From a virus: a DNA stretch of 64,000 nt. Of the stretch, positions 60,454-64,000 are shown one piece after another (positions within the stretch are counted from its first letter, which is position 1; each line of letters begins with the position of its first letter). Made by a program: the position numbers and the translations under genes. A model generated the notes under the pieces. That model was not told where the DNA came from. It ran no database searches and saw only the letters and a program-made list of their open reading frames with translations. Location: the IMG/VR virus record IMGVR_UViG_3300029555_000004; one strand, written 5' to 3'.

Positions 60454-63400
60454 ATGCGAAATTTATCAACGGAATTTAAAGAACAACAGAATAGTGGGAA
60501 CCGTAACTATCTGAAATATGCAGATTTTACCTTTACGGACGGAAGTACATTATCCATTACCGACAAAGACTTATGGTCTAATGGCTTCAAATTTGAGGAT
60601 GCAGTATCGCAAAGTGGTTCTTTTGATATCGGCGCAGCTATTGTAAATAAGCTGACATTGCAGATCAACAACTTTTCTGGCAAGTACACAGATTACATCT
60701 GGGACGGAGCGAGAGTTGTTTGCCATATTGGGCTTGAATTATCTACTGGTATTGAAAAAATCCGTATCTGCACCATGACAGTAACAGATGCCCCATACCA
60801 GAACACAGCTATTATCAGCCTAACTTGTGAAGATTCCATGCGATTATTTGATCGTGATTATTCAGAAAGTAAGCTGACTTATCCGGCAACTAGATTACAG
60901 ATCATCCAGGATGCTTGCGAGGTGTGCGGAGTAACACTGCAATCAACAAGATTTGATAACGATGATTTTGTAATCCAGAATCGACCAGATGATAGCAGCA
61001 TTACTTTCCGACAGGTAATTGCATGGGTAGCACAGATGGGCTGCCAGTGGGCGAAAACAGATGCATACGGCAGATTATGCCTTGACTGGTACAAAAATGA
61101 AGTACCGGAAAATTTTTATAATAAGGCAGAAGTACCATGGAATGATATTGAAGGGAAAGACATCTTAGATACCGCTGGTGCACAGATTATCACTGTTATG
61201 CAAAAGGGTATTACAGCCATAGATACGAATGGATTCACACCATGGTTGTATGATGTTGAAATAACAGGCATAAAAGTTGCAGAATACGTTGAAAATTCTT
61301 CTAAAAATGAAGCGAAAACATATCAGTCGGGGAAAACTGGCTATGTTATCGAAATCAGTGATAATAAGCTAATTCAAGAGGGCTCCGGGGAGAAAATCTG
61401 CCAGATTATCGCAGACAGGTGCGTGGGGCTAAAATTCAGACCATTTACTACAGGCGCATTGACTAATATAGCATGGGAAGCTGGTGACACCATTGAGATT
61501 TCCGACAGAAACGGGAAACAGTATAAGAGCTTCCTAACTTCTGTTACTTTGAATCCAGGCGCATTTGAGCAACTTGAATGCAGTGCTAAGAGTGTATCTA
61601 GGAATAAGCAGAAACAGTATACACTTAACCAACAGATGCAAGCTGAAAACAAAAAGAACTTAAAAGATGAACGTACCGCCAGAGAAAAGGCACTGGAAGA
61701 ATTATCACAACGCCTTGCGGAATCTTCTGGAACATACACGACAGTAGAAACACAGCCGGACGGAAGCAAAATCTATTATCTTCATAATAAGCCACAGTTG
61801 TCCGATTCTGATATTATATGGAAAATGACTGCGGAAGCATGGGCTGTTTCTACAGATGGTGGGCAACATTGGAATGGTGGCATGACAGTTGATGGTGATG
61901 TGATTGCCAGAATCCTTACTGCTACAGGTGTTAATGCTGACTGGATTAACACAGGAACTATTAAGGCAATTGACAAAGACGGAAATACAACTTTCCTGGT
62001 TGATGTAACAACAGGAAGGGTTGTTATTAATGCGGATTCCGTACAAGTTAAGGGAAAAGATGTTAATGCGATTGCAAAGGAAAAAGCAGAAACAGAAGTA
62101 AATAATTTTATAAGCAATACATACACAACTGATATCAATAATTTACAGTCTCAAATCGACGGACAGATCGAGACTTTTTTTTATGACTATGAACCGACCT
62201 TGCAGAATATCCCGGCTTCTGGATGGACTACAAACGAAGAGCGAAAGAAACATGAGGGTGACTTATTTTACTGGAAATCCAAGGGATATGCATACCGTTT
62301 TATGCAAGATGGGGCAACTTGGAAATGGCAATTGGTACAAGATACCGATATCACGTTAGCACTTGCCGCCGCAGAAAAAGCACAGGACACAGCAGACCAT
62401 AAGCGCAGAGTATTCGTAGTTCAGCCAGAACCACCTTACGATATTGGGGATTTATGGACGCAAGGAAAAACTGGCGATTTGATGAGATGTAAGGTTGCCA
62501 GAGCAAGCGGTTCTTATTCAGGGGATGATTGGGAAAAGGCTTCAAAATATACAGATGATTCTACTTTCAATACTTTCTTGGATGGTGTTTTCAAAGACAC
62601 GATTAATAATCTTAAAACACAGATTGATGGAAAAATTGAAACCTGGTATCAGCCAAATGATCCATCCGTAAAATGGACAAAAACAGAGGAATTACCGTGG
62701 TGTGATATTGATGGAAACAAGATTCTGGATGAATCCGGGAATGAAATTGTCTTGATATGGGAGTCCGAGAAAGCAGAGCATGAAGGTGACCTTTGGCACA
62801 ATACTTCTGATAACACACAATGGATTTACAAATCTGGTATTTGGCAACCACAATCCATACCAGATGAACTGTTAGACAAGATAGATGGGAAGTCATCTGT
62901 CTATATGGTTCAGCCAAAACCGCCATATTACGAAGGTGACTTGTGGGTGACAACCAATAGTGAAGGAAAGGCTTCCCTCAAAACATCCACTGTAAATCGT
63001 GTTGGCGGAGCGTTTGACGCATCCGATTGGATTGATTTCAAGTATGCAGACAAAGACGATATTAAAAATGCAATTGATAAGTATGATACCAGTCTTGGAC
63101 AGGATGAAGTGTTCAATAAACTCACAAAAGGCGGCACTGAACAGGGAATCTATATCAAAGATGGAAAAGTATACATTAATGCAAAATATATTCTGGCTGG
63201 ACTGCTTGCTGGTGAGAGAATCAATGGTCGAGGACTGAAAGTTATTGATGACGACAATAATGTGACTTTAGAAATCGACAGCAACGGAAATGTTATTCTA
63301 GCTCCAAAGACTTTTTCCTTACAAGGGAAAACAGTAAAGGAAATTGCAGATTCTTCTGCCAGTACCGCAGTTTCTGGACAGACACAATCCGATATTTTCA

Positions 63401-64000
63401 ACAAACTTACCAATGGCGGCAAGGCACAGGGGATTTACTTGGATGAAAATGGAAATGTCTATGTAAACGGGAAATTTATTAAAGCGTTGAGCATAGCCAC
63501 TAATGCTCTAGCAGCTGGTTCTATTACCACAGAAAAATTAGATGCTAAGGCGGTCACGGCTGAAAAAATGTCCTTGAATGAGCTTGCGGCAATTGGAGCC
63601 ACTATAGGCGGATTTACGATTCAAAACAACAGAATTTATAATAAAAAAAATGGAACCCTACAGATTTCCGCAGGAAATGAATATAACGCTCCCTCAGTAC
63701 TTGCTATGGATGCACAAGGACAATTTATTAAATACAGTGCAAGCGGTATTGAATCTTCTTACACTAATTCTCTAAAATTAACGCCACATAATACAACTAC
63801 AGAAGAAGGATTTACAGACGGTTCAAAACATTATCTGGGAAGAACACAATTCAATTCAGATGTTAGTATTTTTGGCGATTTTAAGGTTTCTGGAACAAAA
63901 TCCATAATAGCTGACACTGAAAACTATGGAGAACAGCTATTTTACTGCTACGAGACTCCAACTCCAACTCTGGGAGATTTTGGCGGTGGCGTAATCGGAG
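60454..64000 (+). CDS. tail-tip / minor structural protein (Tal-like), 3'-truncated by the window
   Basis: Not in the ORF track because it has no stop; I translated frame 1 from ATG 60454 to 64000 with no stop codon; N-terminal pattern typical of siphovirus tail-tip proteins; repeated P-P-Y-x-x-GDLW motifs. Confidence 0.8.
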   Translation, partial: MRNLSTEFKEQQNSGNRNYLKYADFTFTDGSTLSITDKDLWSNGFKFEDAVSQSGSFDIGAAIVNKLTLQINNFSGKYTDYIWDGARVVCHIGLELSTGIEKIRICTMTVTDAPYQNTAIISLTCEDSMRLFDRDYSESKLTYPATRLQIIQDACEVCGVTLQSTRFDNDDFVIQNRPDDSSITFRQVIAWVAQMGCQWAKTDAYGRLCLDWYKNEVPENFYNKAEVPWNDIEGKDILDTAGAQIITVMQKGITAIDTNGFTPWLYDVEITGIKVAEYVENSSKNEAKTYQSGKTGYVIEISDNKLIQEGSGEKICQIIADRCVGLKFRPFTTGALTNIAWEAGDTIEISDRNGKQYKSFLTSVTLNPGAFEQLECSAKSVSRNKQKQYTLNQQMQAENKKNLKDERTAREKALEELSQRLAESSGTYTTVETQPDGSKIYYLHNKPQLSDSDIIWKMTAEAWAVSTDGGQHWNGGMTVDGDVIARILTATGVNADWINTGTIKAIDKDGNTTFLVDVTTGRVVINADSVQVKGKDVNAIAKEKAETEVNNFISNTYTTDINNLQSQIDGQIETFFYDYEPTLQNIPASGWTTNEERKKHEGDLFYWKSKGYAYRFMQDGATWKWQLVQDTDITLALAAAEKAQDTADHKRRVFVVQPEPPYDIGDLWTQGKTGDLMRCKVARASGSYSGDDWEKASKYTDDSTFNTFLDGVFKDTINNLKTQIDGKIETWYQPNDPSVKWTKTEELPWCDIDGNKILDESGNEIVLIWESEKAEHEGDLWHNTSDNTQWIYKSGIWQPQSIPDELLDKIDGKSSVYMVQPKPPYYEGDLWVTTNSEGKASLKTSTVNRVGGAFDASDWIDFKYADKDDIKNAIDKYDTSLGQDEVFNKLTKGGTEQGIYIKDGKVYINAKYILAGLLAGERINGRGLKVIDDDNNVTLEIDSNGNVILAPKTFSLQGKTVKEIADSSASTAVSGQTQSDIFNKLTNGGKAQGIYLDENGNVYVNGKFIKALSIATNALAAGSITTEKLDAKAVTAEKMSLNELAAIGATIGGFTIQNNRIYNKKNGTLQISAGNEYNAPSVLAMDAQGQFIKYSASGIESSYTNSLKLTPHNTTTEEGFTDGSKHYLGRTQFNSDVSIFGDFKVSGTKSIIADTENYGEQLFYCYETPTPTLGDFGGGVIG

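Noticed and set aside
1-64000. Alternative genetic code or stop-codon reassignment, prompted by the possible UCA tRNA-like gene and the TAA-interrupted frame at 6833
   Set aside because: All large genes (terL, portal, capsid, the 1646-aa tape measure, the >1180-aa tail-tip protein) are intact under the standard bacterial code, with no in-frame TGA, TAG or TAA. Genome-wide recoding is not supported.
1-64000. CRISPR array or DGR (template/variable repeat plus reverse transcriptase)
   Set aside because: No regularly spaced direct repeats with unique spacers are present, and no reverse-transcriptase-like ORF. The only tandem repeats are the 27-bp coding duplication (53948) and short regulatory repeats.

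Overview
AT-rich window with almost all genes on the + strand and tightly packed. It reads as a large tailed-phage genome segment (siphovirus-type, long tape measure), probably from a low-GC Firmicutes/Clostridia host. All calls come from reading the ORF track and the nucleotide sequence by eye; no searches or folding programs were run, so family names are motif-level recognitions.

Layout:
- 1-16.8 kb: early/replication module. SSB, GIY-YIG and HNH-like nucleases, two orphan DNA methyltransferases, MmcB-like nuclease, MazG-like, DUF4317, replisome organizer, large serine recombinase, DUF4417.
- 16.8-17.9 kb: noncoding hub with inverted repeats and an ATAGCC repeat cluster.
- 17.7-20.7 kb: three minus-strand genes plus a divergent HTH-controlled operon of small acidic proteins, with three palindromic operators.
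- 20.7-21.5 kb: AT-rich noncoding region, then terS.
- 22.1-30.9 kb: 8.8-kb accessory island separating terS from terL. Small serine recombinase, RHH, three canonical tRNAs plus aberrant tRNA-like RNAs, minimal ligase-like gene.
- 30.9-38.0 kb: terL, sigma-region-4-like regulator, portal, MuF-like, scaffold, capsid, connector.
- 38.0-43.9 kb: island of XhlA-like, mini sigma-r4-like, Gln-, Gly- and Cys-rich low-complexity proteins, HExxH protein and a fibre-like protein.
- 44-52.2 kb: neck genes, holin-like gene, major tail, G/GT chaperones, tape measure.
- 52.2-60.0 kb: 8-kb island with two antirepressor paralogs, a second replication-like module, lipoprotein, RHH and HNH.
- 60.1 kb to the window end: distal tail protein and a tail-tip protein of more than 1180 aa that runs off the window.

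The strongest unexplained signals are:
- a three-copy conserved promoter box, each copy followed by a leader terminator, within a late region punctuated by at least 11 intrinsic terminators (suggesting antitermination control);
- the tRNA-like RNA island plus minimal ligase;
- the low-complexity protein cassette with its own repeat-driven promoter;
- the replicon-like island inside the tail module.
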